This document shows positions 1 through 8,406 of a stretch of DNA of 37,514 bases, piece by piece (position 1 is the first letter of the stretch; each line of letters starts with the position of its first letter). This DNA comes from Candidatus Omnitrophota bacterium (GTDB taxonomy: Bacteria > Omnitrophota > Gorgyraeia > 1-14-0-20-64-10), in contig JAHFFF010000002.1 of NCBI GenBank assembly GCA_023248095.1, forward strand, positions 2,717 through 40,230, read 5' to 3'. Under the pieces are notes generated by a model that saw only the letters and a program-made list of their open reading frames with translations, did not search any database and was not told the origin of the DNA. Position numbers and translations under genes: made by a program.

Positions 1-932
1 GCAAAGAGGCCGCCACCTCTGTACTCCTCGGCCTGTTTCTCGGGTGCGGGCTGGCCTTTCTTCGAGAGTTCCTCTCCAAGACCGTTCGCACGCGTCAGGA
101 CTTCGAGCTGCTGCTGGAGATCCCCTTCCTGGGCCACATCCCTCAGATACCCAGTCAACGTGTTAAGGGCAAAGGCCGCGGGGCCGTTCTGCTGGGCAAC
201 CCCAAGTCGCCGATTGCCGAGACCATCCGCTCTATTCGAACCACCCTGGAATTTATCCTTCCCGCTGGAGAGCCTCATGTGCTTTTGCTGACCAGCGCCC
301 TTCCAGAAGAGGGGAAATCCACCGTGACCTCCAATCTGGCCATCGCCTTACATGAGCTGGGCCGGAAGGTTCTCCTGATCGATGCCGACCTGCGGCGGCC
401 CTCTCTGCACCGCTACCTGCAGGTGAGTCTCGAGCCGGGCCTGAGCGGCTACCTGCAAGACACCGTCTCAGCAGAGGAGCTGATCCAGCCGATACCCTCG
501 GTGGAGGGCCTGCAGGTGATTTCTGCCGGACTAACCCCGTCCCAGCCTACCGACGCCCTGAGCAGTCCGAAGTTTCAAGAACTGCTGAAACTTCTGAAGA
601 AGGATTTTCAGTACATCCTCATCGATTCCCCGCCAGTCCTGGTGGCGGCTGACTCAGCCGTTATCTCTACAGCAGTGGCTGCCGTCATCTACGTTGTCCG
701 CGCGAACCGCACCCACAGCGAGGCAGTCCTGGCCGGCAAGCAAAGGCTCGTAGACGTGGGAGCAAAGGTGATCGGCGGCATCTTGAACGGCGCCCATTTG
801 GAGCTGGAGCGTGGTTACCGTTACTATTACTCCAACCGGTACGATCAGTATCGGGATAAGGCCAAACGGCCCCGTCGCTCGCATCGTCCATCCCCCGACT
901 TGCCCCTCTCCGAATCAGCAGAGGGGTCGTAA
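1..932 (+). CDS. BY-type tyrosine autokinase / polysaccharide co-polymerase (Wzc/EpsG-like), C-terminal part; 5' end lies outside the window
   Basis: Frame 3 is open from the window edge (KEAATSVLLGLFLGCGLAFLREF = last TM helix) into the listed 279..932 ORF. Walker A 'PEEGKSTV', Walker A' 'VLLIDADLRRP', Walker B 'ILIDSPPV', C-terminal tyrosine cluster 'RGYRYYYSNRYDQY'. Confidence 0.9.
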   Translation, partial: KEAATSVLLGLFLGCGLAFLREFLSKTVRTRQDFELLLEIPFLGHIPQIPSQRVKGKGRGAVLLGNPKSPIAETIRSIRTTLEFILPAGEPHVLLLTSALPEEGKSTVTSNLAIALHELGRKVLLIDADLRRPSLHRYLQVSLEPGLSGYLQDTVSAEELIQPIPSVEGLQVISAGLTPSQPTDALSSPKFQELLKLLKKDFQYILIDSPPVLVAADSAVISTAVAAVIYVVRANRTHSEAVLAGKQRLVDVGAKVIGGILNGAHLELERGYRYYYSNRYDQYRDKAKRPRRSHRPSPDLPLSESAEGS

Positions 933-937
933 CTTCT

Positions 938-2380
938 TTGCGCAGAAATCTTCCCCGGGATGCGAGCCGCGCCGTCCAGTGCGCTTTTGGAATGAGCCTC
1001 TTCTGGGCCTTCCTGACGATGACGAAACTGCAGTGGGCAAGCCTCCCCGAACAACTCTGGACCACAGCCCTCTTTGCGATCTGTTGTTTGCCTCTCATCC
1101 TGTACTTCTATCACCCCCATTTTCAGATACCCTTGGTTCCCATGTGGGGCTTCGGCTACTTCACTATGTTCGGGATGCCCATGCTGAGCGCCGAGGAAAG
1201 CTGGGTGGACTTCAGCTTGATCCCCAAAGAGGCTGTGACTGGGGCTCTGGGGCTGATCTCTTTGGGCGCATGCGCCTGCCTGCTCACCTGCTACACCCCC
1301 CTGGGACAGTGGGTGGAAACCCTCACCCCTCGAATCCGCCTGCCTTGGGAAGCTCATCGGGCTCCCAAGACGGGGGTCTTGCTCACCCTGGTGGGTCTTG
1401 CCATCTATCATTATCGGCTCACCAGCACGTTGATTCCGGAATTGCAGCAATTCTTATACATCGGAGCACAGTTCTCAACGGTTGGCATGCTGACGCTTTT
1501 CCTGCTGCAACTGCGGGGCGGGCTTTCTACGAAATTGAAATTCTTCCTCTGGGGATTTGCGTTGCCTGTGCAGCTCGTGTACAGCCTCGGAACGGGAGCC
1601 TTGTGGACCGTCATTCGCACGGTCTCCCCTCTCATGTTCTGCTATACGGCTGAACGCCATCGCATCCCCTGGAAATGGAGCTTGGTCTTCACAGTTTGCC
1701 TCATCCCCTTTTTAGGCATCAAGCATGAATATCGCTCGTACGCATGGGGTGGGGAGGGAGCCTTAGCGGATGCCTCTCCTTTTGAAAGAGGAGTGGCGTT
1801 TCTTCAATTGACCACGGAACGCCTGGCAGAAGGGGGCGTGGAAACCTATACCGTTGCCGCAGAAACGGCTGAAAGCCGGGTGAATCATCTTCAGCTGATG
1901 ATTCATACTCAGGAGATGACCCCTTATCAGGTCCCTTACTGGAGAGGGGAAACCTATCAAACACTTCTTTGGACCTTCGTTCCCCGGTTTCTTTACCCGA
2001 ACAAGCCCACGAAGACGCTCGGGAATGAATTCGGGCACCGCTACGACATCATCGCTGAAGAGGACACCTGGACCTCCATCAACCTGCCTCATCAGGTGAT
2101 CGAGATGTTCGTCAATTTCGGAACGGGGGGCGTTCTCATCGGCATGGCGCTGCTGGGGTTTGTGTATCGAGCCATCCTGGCCTTTTTAAGCCGACCCGAT
2201 GCGGGCGAGCGGGCGATCATCATCGGCTGTGCCTTGCTTGGGAATCTTCTTTCCTTGGATTCCGACTTCTCCTTGGTGTTCGGCGGATTGCTGTACTATG
2301 TCTTGGCCATGGTGGCCATCACTCGTTTTCTCCAGCCTATCGAACCATTGCCCCCGCAAGTGCAGGCGATTCACCCGTAA
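938..2380 (+). CDS. Polytopic membrane protein, Wzy / O-antigen-ligase-like (putative polysaccharide polymerase or ligase)
   Basis: 480-aa ORF with many hydrophobic helices and one large hydrophilic loop (about residues 255-360). It lies directly downstream of the tyrosine kinase. Start is uncertain: TTG at 938 or ATG at 992. Family call rests on topology and context only. Confidence 0.5.
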   Translation: MRRNLPRDASRAVQCAFGMSLFWAFLTMTKLQWASLPEQLWTTALFAICCLPLILYFYHPHFQIPLVPMWGFGYFTMFGMPMLSAEESWVDFSLIPKEAVTGALGLISLGACACLLTCYTPLGQWVETLTPRIRLPWEAHRAPKTGVLLTLVGLAIYHYRLTSTLIPELQQFLYIGAQFSTVGMLTLFLLQLRGGLSTKLKFFLWGFALPVQLVYSLGTGALWTVIRTVSPLMFCYTAERHRIPWKWSLVFTVCLIPFLGIKHEYRSYAWGGEGALADASPFERGVAFLQLTTERLAEGGVETYTVAAETAESRVNHLQLMIHTQEMTPYQVPYWRGETYQTLLWTFVPRFLYPNKPTKTLGNEFGHRYDIIAEEDTWTSINLPHQVIEMFVNFGTGGVLIGMALLGFVYRAILAFLSRPDAGERAIIIGCALLGNLLSLDSDFSLVFGGLLYYVLAMVAITRFLQPIEPLPPQVQAIHP

Positions 2381-2392
2381 AAGGAGCACAGG

Positions 2393-3268
2393 ATGCGGCT
2401 GCCCATCACGGCAATTGTGCTGGCTCACAACGAGGAGCTGAATCTGCCCGCCTGCTTGAAATCACTGAGCGATTGGTGCGAGAAGATCTTTGTCGTCGAC
2501 TCCGGCAGCTCGGATCGAACCCTGCAGATTGTACAAGAATTTCATGCAGAGGCCCTTTCCCATCCGTTCGAAACGCACGCCAAGCAGTGGAATTGGGCCC
2601 TCCAAAATCTGCCGATCTCAACGGAATGGATCTTGGCCTTGGACGCCGATCAAAGGGTTACCCCGGAGATGCAGGAGGAGCTGGGCCGCACCCTCCCCAA
2701 GACCCCGGCCGATGTGGCCGCCTATTATCTGCCCCGCAAGCAGTTCTTCCGCGGGCGCTGGATCCGATTCGGCGGGTACTGGCCGAAATACCTCCTCAAG
2801 CTTTTCCGAAAGGGGGCTGCCTGGTCGGATGAGCAGGAGCTTGTCGATTTCCGATTCTACGTACGGGGGAAGACCCGCCTTCTGAACCATCCCCTCATCG
2901 AACAGAATGAGAAGGAATGGCAGATTGTGTTCTGGCTGGAAAAACATCTGCGCTTCGTCCAGCTTCGGGCGCAGGAGGAATACCTGCGGCGTCATCAGAA
3001 AAACTCCTGGGCGGTTCAGCCTTCGCTGCTGGGGACACCGGACCAAAGAATCCTTTGGTGGAAGCAACGATGGTACGTATTCCCCCCTCTCTTGCGTCCA
3101 TTCCCCTATTTTCTTTATCGCTACATCCTTCAGCTTGGAATCCTCGATGGCTGGGAGGGTTTCTTGTTTCATTTCCTGCGCTGCTTTTGGTTCGAACTGA
3201 TGATCGGGGTTCGGCTCAAGGAGATCGAACGGGAGAAGGGCCCCGCGCGGAGGGAGTCCCCATCCTGA
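2393..3268 (+). CDS. Glycosyltransferase family 2 (WaaE/KdtX-like subtype)
   Basis: N-terminal 'ITAIVLAHNEELNLPACLKSL...IFVVDSGSSDRT' and 'ALDADQRV' (DXD). C-terminal amphipathic tail 'GWEGFLFHFLRCFWFEL'. Confidence 0.85.
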   Translation: MRLPITAIVLAHNEELNLPACLKSLSDWCEKIFVVDSGSSDRTLQIVQEFHAEALSHPFETHAKQWNWALQNLPISTEWILALDADQRVTPEMQEELGRTLPKTPADVAAYYLPRKQFFRGRWIRFGGYWPKYLLKLFRKGAAWSDEQELVDFRFYVRGKTRLLNHPLIEQNEKEWQIVFWLEKHLRFVQLRAQEEYLRRHQKNSWAVQPSLLGTPDQRILWWKQRWYVFPPLLRPFPYFLYRYILQLGILDGWEGFLFHFLRCFWFELMIGVRLKEIEREKGPARRESPS

Positions 3269-4992
3269 TTCTCGGAATCAACGCCTACCATGCGGAGGCC
3301 TCCGCAGCCCTGATCCAAGACGGACAACTCCTGGTGGCCGCTGAAGAGGAGCGGTTCGTCCGGATCAAACATGTGGCCGGCTTCCCGTCGGAAGCGGTCC
3401 GATATTGCCTTCGGGCCGCCCAGGCAAAACCGAAGGACCTGGATGTGGTCGCGGTATCCCGCAACCCGTGGGCTCATCTTCTCGACAAGGGATGGTGGGC
3501 TCTGCGCCACGGACTTTCCCCGCGCTCCGTGGGAGACCGTCTGCACAACCTGGCAAGCATTCGAACCTTACGCCAGACGCTGGCAGAGACTTTGCAAGTG
3601 GCCCCTGAGCAGTTTCACGCCAAGCTTCATTTTGTCGAGCATCACCGGGCCCACATCGCCTCCAGCTTTTATGCCTCCGGCTGGGACCGCGCCGTAGTTC
3701 TTTCTCTCGATGGATTCGGGGATTTTTTGAGCGGGATGTGGGGAATGGGAGAGGGGCTCCGGCTCTCCATCGACGGGGGGGCTGCCTTCCCCCATTCTCT
3801 CGGAATCCTGTACACTGCCGTCACTCAATTCCTTGGATTTACCCAGTGGGGAGACGAATACAAGGTGATGGGGCTGGCGGCTTACGGAAATCCGGGGCAA
3901 TATCAGCAGGCGATGAAAACGTTAGTTCGGGAGTCGGAGCAGGGGGTGTATCGTCTTGATCTGGATTACTTCCGGCATCCGCGGATGGATGTCTCCATGA
4001 CCTGGGCAGCAGGGGCACCCATCCTCTCCACCTTGTTCACTGAAAAGATCGAGGAGCTCTTAGGCCCCTCTCGCCCCTCAGAGGCCCCTTTGGAGCAACG
4101 ACACTCGGACATCGCCGCCGCCCTGCAGAACCGGTTGGAGCAGATCATCCTGGAATGGATGCGGAATCTGGGCGACCGCTATCGGATCCCGAGGCTCTGC
4201 TATGCAGGGGGCGTCGCGCTGAACTGCGCACTGAATGGAAAGATCTCGCGGGAAACTCCGTTTAAAGAGGTGTTCATTCAGCCGGCCGCTCATGACGCAG
4301 GCACCTCCTTGGGGGCAGCCCTTTATATCGCTCACCACATCCTCGGGCAGCCTCGAAGATTTATCATGCATCACGCTGCGTGGGGACCGGAGGTCCAGGA
4401 ATCGGAATGCCGGCCGGCGCTTGACAAAAATGGGCTGACCTATCGGCAGCTCGATGAGGCAGCCCTCTGCCGGTCAGCCGCTCAGGCCCTAAGCCAAGGA
4501 AAGATCGTCGGCTGGTTCCAGGGGCGGATGGAATTCGGGCCACGGGCGTTGGGACATCGATCCCTCCTGGCGGATCCACGCGACCCCGCAATGAAGGATC
4601 GGATCAATGAGCGCGTGAAGCGGCGCGAATCATTCCGGCCCTTTGCGCCATCGCTGCCCGCCGAAGCGGTCGCCACCTATTTCCCTGAGGGGCACCCGGA
4701 TCCCTTCATGCTCTTTGCCTATCCGGTTCTTGCTGACTTCAAGGATCGAATCCCCTCCGTCCTGCATACCGACGGCACGGGCCGCTTGCAGGCAGTGGAT
4801 CGCCAAACAGACCCGCTCTTCTGGAATTTGCTCAAGGCGTTTGAGATCCAAGCGGGTGTGCCTGTGCTGCTGAACACCTCTTTCAATGAGCAGGAGCCGA
4901 TTGTCTGCCGACCTGAAGAGGCCATCGCCTGTTTTCAAAGGAATGCCATCGACTGCCTAGCCCTGGGTCCATTCTGGGTAGAACGGAGATAA
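3262..4992 (+). CDS. Carbamoyltransferase, NodU/CmcH/NovN family
   Basis: 'ILGINAYHAEASAALIQDGQLLVAAEEERFVRIKH', 'VEHHRAHIASSFYASG', C-terminal 'LNTSFNEQEPIVCRPEEA'. The family N-terminus aligns at 3262-3270, where only ATC/CTG/ATT codons exist. A GGAGGGAG SD lies at 3249-3256. The listed ORF start at 2917 would overlap the GT2 by about 350 nt, so the exact start is uncertain. Confidence 0.85.
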   Translation: MLILGINAYHAEASAALIQDGQLLVAAEEERFVRIKHVAGFPSEAVRYCLRAAQAKPKDLDVVAVSRNPWAHLLDKGWWALRHGLSPRSVGDRLHNLASIRTLRQTLAETLQVAPEQFHAKLHFVEHHRAHIASSFYASGWDRAVVLSLDGFGDFLSGMWGMGEGLRLSIDGGAAFPHSLGILYTAVTQFLGFTQWGDEYKVMGLAAYGNPGQYQQAMKTLVRESEQGVYRLDLDYFRHPRMDVSMTWAAGAPILSTLFTEKIEELLGPSRPSEAPLEQRHSDIAAALQNRLEQIILEWMRNLGDRYRIPRLCYAGGVALNCALNGKISRETPFKEVFIQPAAHDAGTSLGAALYIAHHILGQPRRFIMHHAAWGPEVQESECRPALDKNGLTYRQLDEAALCRSAAQALSQGKIVGWFQGRMEFGPRALGHRSLLADPRDPAMKDRINERVKRRESFRPFAPSLPAEAVATYFPEGHPDPFMLFAYPVLADFKDRIPSVLHTDGTGRLQAVDRQTDPLFWNLLKAFEIQAGVPVLLNTSFNEQEPIVCRPEEAIACFQRNAIDCLALGPFWVERR

Positions 4993-4996
4993 GAGC

Positions 4997-7330
4997 GTGA
5001 AGGTTCTTCACGTGGTTCCCTCCTTAGCCCTGAGGCACGGTGGGGTCTCCTTGAGCGTCCGACAACTCTGCCTCGCCCTGGCCCAGAAGGGAGTTGTTGT
5101 CCAGGTCTGCACGACCCGCCGCGGATATCTTCCGTCTGTCGATGAGGCTGCGGACCGCAAGCTCATCTCCGCTGGGGTGGATCTCCATTATCTCCCCACC
5201 TTGCCTTGGAAATGGCTGAGCGACCGCACGGCCTACAGCCCGTCCATGAAGAACTTCCTTGAGGAAGCTATCCCCAGGGCAGATCTGGTCCACATTCACG
5301 CCCTCTGGCTTTATCCCACGCACATCACCGCTCAGCTCTGCCGCCGCGCTCAGGTCCCGTATGTCATCTCCCCTTGCGGCGCACTGGACCCCTATTCCCT
5401 CAAGCGAAAACTTCTTCTCAAGCGGATCTATGGCCTCTGCGTTGAAGGCCGCCATCTGCGAGGGGCGGCGGCCATCCACTTCACCAGCGATCTGGAGAAG
5501 GCGCAGGCCTATTGCTTCGGATCCCGCAGCCCTCGCGCAGTGATCTCTCGCTGTTTGGACCTGTCAGCTGTCCCCATCCTTCCGCCGGGGACTTTCCGAG
5601 GGCGCCACCCCGAGGTGGGTTCCCGAAAGATCCTTCTTTTCTTAGGCCGGCTCCATCCGAAGAAACGCTTGGATCTGGCGACCGAGGCGTTCATCCGTTT
5701 GGCTCAGCGCAGAGCAGATGTTCATCTTGTCATAGCAGGTCCGGATGATGGATCCAAAGGCGGTGCACGCCTTGCCCTCCAGAAGGCCCACCTCTTGGAC
5801 CGAGCCACATTCACTGGGTTGCTTCACGGAGAAGAGAAGTGGGCGGTACTGCAGGACAGCAGTCTCTTTCTCCTCCAGTCGGAAGATGAAAATTTCGGTT
5901 TGGCCGCCTTGGAGGCGATGGCCTCCGGCATTCCCGTGCTCATCTCTCCTCGGGTGGGCCTATCCGACATTGCAAGACAGGCCGGCAGCGCCCTGATCGT
6001 CAACCTGCACACTGCGGACTGGGCAGATCAGATGGACCGGGTCCTCAGCGATCCCACGCTGGCAAAAAAACTCGGTGAATCGGGACGGCGACTTGTGGAA
6101 GAACAGTTCTCTAGCGAACGAGTAGCTGTACAGATGAAGACGCTCTACGCCTCACTCCTTGCTGATTTCCGGCCGGATTCTGGATTGCGCTCCAAGGTCC
6201 AGGCTCACATCGTGAATAATCTTTACCGTGCTGAAAACAGCTTACTGGAGGTTGCGCGTAGGCTCCTATGGCCCGGCCCCAGGCCACAGGAGGCAAAAAG
6301 GATCTGTGTATACCGAATTGGCAATATAGGGGATGCGGTCTGCGCGCTGCCAGCCCTGGATGCCATCCGCCATGCCTACCCCCACGCACACCTGATGCTG
6401 CTTACCTCACCCGGGAGGATTGGATCGGTTGGCTTTTTAGAATTGCTCGAAGGGGCCGATTGGTTAAACGAGATCCTCCCTTACTACACCCATCAGGTGG
6501 CAACACTCCGCCAGAGGGCGTCATTCTTGGCTCAGCTTCGAAGTCGCCGCTTCGACCTTTGGGTCGAACTCCCAAATGACTTAGCGACGCTCCGCACCTC
6601 TTTCCGAAACATGCTCATGGCAAGATTGGCCGGTGCAAGATGGGCTTACGGCTGGAGGATCAACAACCTCCGTTGGGGCGCCCAAGCTCAATCGGAACAC
6701 CTGGCCTTTCCGGATGAAACAAGTCGTCTCCTCCAAGTGATTCGCGAAGCCGGATTACCCGTTTCACAACCAGCCTTTCCTCTGCCACTACGAGACTCCC
6801 ACAGGCAATCCGCGGACCGCCTCCTAAGAGAGAATCACTTAACGGATAAACTTCGGATCTGCCTCTCGCCCGCCGCTAAGCGTTCGACGAATCGCTGGCC
6901 ACCGGAGCGCTTCATCGAGGTTGGCCGCCATCTGATTGAGAGAGGGGTTGGAGTTATGGTCGTGGGAGGGCCCTCCGATGCCCAGCTTTGCCAGCAGATC
7001 TGCGACACCATCGGACAAGGGGCGGTTATGCTCGCAGGTAAAGTCTCTTTGTTGGAGACCGCTGAGTTGTTGAGAAGATGTAACCTCGTCGTTTGCAATG
7101 ATTCAGGCATCCAACACCTGGCTGCGGCGGTCGGAACTCGCTGTATCTCCATTTTCTCTTCTTGGCAACTGAGGACGAAATGGCACCCCTTTGGCCCGGG
7201 TCACATAGTCCTCCAAAAATGGGTCGGGTGTCACACCTGTTTTCTGGAAAAATGTCCTTTTGATCAAAGATGCATCCGGCTCACCGAATCCTCCGAAGTT
7301 GTTGATGCTATACTTTCACTAGGGTTGTAA
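4997..7330 (+). CDS. Bifunctional fusion of an N-terminal GT4 (GT-B) glycosyltransferase and a C-terminal GT9 heptosyltransferase-like domain
   Basis: GT4 part (about 4997-6160): 'MKVLHVVPSL..GG', 'ENFGLAALEAMASGIPVL'. GT9 part (about 6302-7327): 'ICVYRIGNIGDAVCALPALDAIRHAYPHAHLMLLTSP', 'GGPSD', 'LLRRCNLVVCNDSGIQHLAAAVGTRCISIF', Cys-rich tail 'CHTCFLEKCPFDQRC'. GTG start. Confidence 0.85.
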   Translation: MKVLHVVPSLALRHGGVSLSVRQLCLALAQKGVVVQVCTTRRGYLPSVDEAADRKLISAGVDLHYLPTLPWKWLSDRTAYSPSMKNFLEEAIPRADLVHIHALWLYPTHITAQLCRRAQVPYVISPCGALDPYSLKRKLLLKRIYGLCVEGRHLRGAAAIHFTSDLEKAQAYCFGSRSPRAVISRCLDLSAVPILPPGTFRGRHPEVGSRKILLFLGRLHPKKRLDLATEAFIRLAQRRADVHLVIAGPDDGSKGGARLALQKAHLLDRATFTGLLHGEEKWAVLQDSSLFLLQSEDENFGLAALEAMASGIPVLISPRVGLSDIARQAGSALIVNLHTADWADQMDRVLSDPTLAKKLGESGRRLVEEQFSSERVAVQMKTLYASLLADFRPDSGLRSKVQAHIVNNLYRAENSLLEVARRLLWPGPRPQEAKRICVYRIGNIGDAVCALPALDAIRHAYPHAHLMLLTSPGRIGSVGFLELLEGADWLNEILPYYTHQVATLRQRASFLAQLRSRRFDLWVELPNDLATLRTSFRNMLMARLAGARWAYGWRINNLRWGAQAQSEHLAFPDETSRLLQVIREAGLPVSQPAFPLPLRDSHRQSADRLLRENHLTDKLRICLSPAAKRSTNRWPPERFIEVGRHLIERGVGVMVVGGPSDAQLCQQICDTIGQGAVMLAGKVSLLETAELLRRCNLVVCNDSGIQHLAAAVGTRCISIFSSWQLRTKWHPFGPGHIVLQKWVGCHTCFLEKCPFDQRCIRLTESSEVVDAILSLGL

Positions 7331-7362
7331 ACTAACGGACTTTATTGAGGAGGGCCTCATCC

Positions 7363-8394
7363 ATGGAATGGAAGGGCAAGGCGGTCCTGGTCACAGGGGG
7401 CTGTTCATTCATCGGTTCCCACTTGGTCGACGCACTCGTGGAGCGAGGGGCTCGGGTGCGGGTCATCGACGATCTCTCCAGCGGCGCACGGGAGAACCTG
7501 GAACATCATTTCAAAACGAATCGGGTTGAGTCCCTGCAGGCCGACCTGCGGGGGCCAGGGGTGGCCCTCCGGGCCGTCCACGGAATGCAGGTGGTCTTTC
7601 ACCTCGCAGCCGCGCACGGAGGGCGTGGCTATGTGGACCTGCACCAGGCTGCCTGCGCGGGAAACCTGATGCTCGATGGGCTGGTCTTCCAAGCCTGCCA
7701 AGATGCGAAGGTGGAAAAGATCGTCTATGCCTCCTCCGGCTGCGTCTATCCCAATTACCTGCAAACCGATCCCGACAAGATTCTGCATCTCAAGGAGGAG
7801 ATGGTCGGCCCTCCCTACGACGCGGACAACATGTACGGCTGGGCCAAGCTCATGGCAGAAATGAGCCTTCGCGCCCTCTCTCGGGATTGCGGAATGAAAA
7901 CAGCCTCCTGCCGATATTTCACCGTCTATGGGCCACGAGGGGTCGAGAATCATGCCGTCATCGCCATGATTGCACGCGCCTTCGTCAAACAAGACCCTTT
8001 CGTCGTCTGGGGAACCGGCAAACAGATCAGGAACTGGACCTACGTCAGCGACATCGTTGCCGGAACGATCCTTGCCGCTGAAAAGATCGATGATGGGACC
8101 GCCGTCAACCTGGGCACGATGGAACGGGTCTCGGTGCTGGAGGCGGTTCAGGAGGTCCTGCGCTACACCCATCATGAGGCGAAGCTGGAATTCCATCCGG
8201 AGATGCCGACCGGCCCCTATAACCGGGTCGCCGATAACAACCTGGCAAAAAGGCTGCTTGGCTGGGAACCCAAAGTGCTCTTCCGTGATGGGCTCCGCAA
8301 AACGATCGACTGGTACTTCTCCACCAAGGATCCGGCGCGATTCCAGAGGCATTCCTTGGAGGAGATGCTGGTTGAACGAGGCGTCCATACTTAA
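7363..8394 (+). CDS. Extended-SDR NAD-dependent nucleotide-sugar epimerase/dehydratase (specificity unknown)
   Basis: 'VLVTGGCSFIGSHLV' Rossmann motif and catalytic 'YGWAKLMAE' (YxxxK). ATG at 7363 is preceded by GAGGAGG (7347-7353); the TTG at 7345 listed in the track is less likely. Confidence 0.85.
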   Translation: MEWKGKAVLVTGGCSFIGSHLVDALVERGARVRVIDDLSSGARENLEHHFKTNRVESLQADLRGPGVALRAVHGMQVVFHLAAAHGGRGYVDLHQAACAGNLMLDGLVFQACQDAKVEKIVYASSGCVYPNYLQTDPDKILHLKEEMVGPPYDADNMYGWAKLMAEMSLRALSRDCGMKTASCRYFTVYGPRGVENHAVIAMIARAFVKQDPFVVWGTGKQIRNWTYVSDIVAGTILAAEKIDDGTAVNLGTMERVSVLEAVQEVLRYTHHEAKLEFHPEMPTGPYNRVADNNLAKRLLGWEPKVLFRDGLRKTIDWYFSTKDPARFQRHSLEEMLVERGVHT

Positions 8395-8406
8395 TCCCTG
8401 ACTTCA

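Noticed and set aside
811-1653. 280-aa (+), 201-aa (-) and 137-aa (-) ORFs overlapping the kinase 3' end and the Wzy-like gene
   Set aside because: These are alternative-frame or antisense products with Pro/Arg/Gly-rich, low-complexity composition. The kinase and the polytopic membrane protein fully explain the region.
2917-3261. N-terminal extension of the carbamoyltransferase ORF, and similar 5' extensions at 10292-10459, 15411-15635, 20860-21009 and 30282-30353
   Set aside because: Each extension lies inside the preceding, well-supported gene in another frame and adds non-conserved Arg/Gly/Pro-rich residues ahead of the family N-terminus. Better-placed starts exist (overlap-coupled or SD-preceded).
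7405-8388. 327-aa ORF antisense to the SDR epimerase gene
   Set aside because: It lies entirely inside and opposite a gene with clear Rossmann and YxxxK motifs. Its translation has no recognisable motifs. Long antisense ORFs are expected in GC-rich DNA because stop codons are rare.
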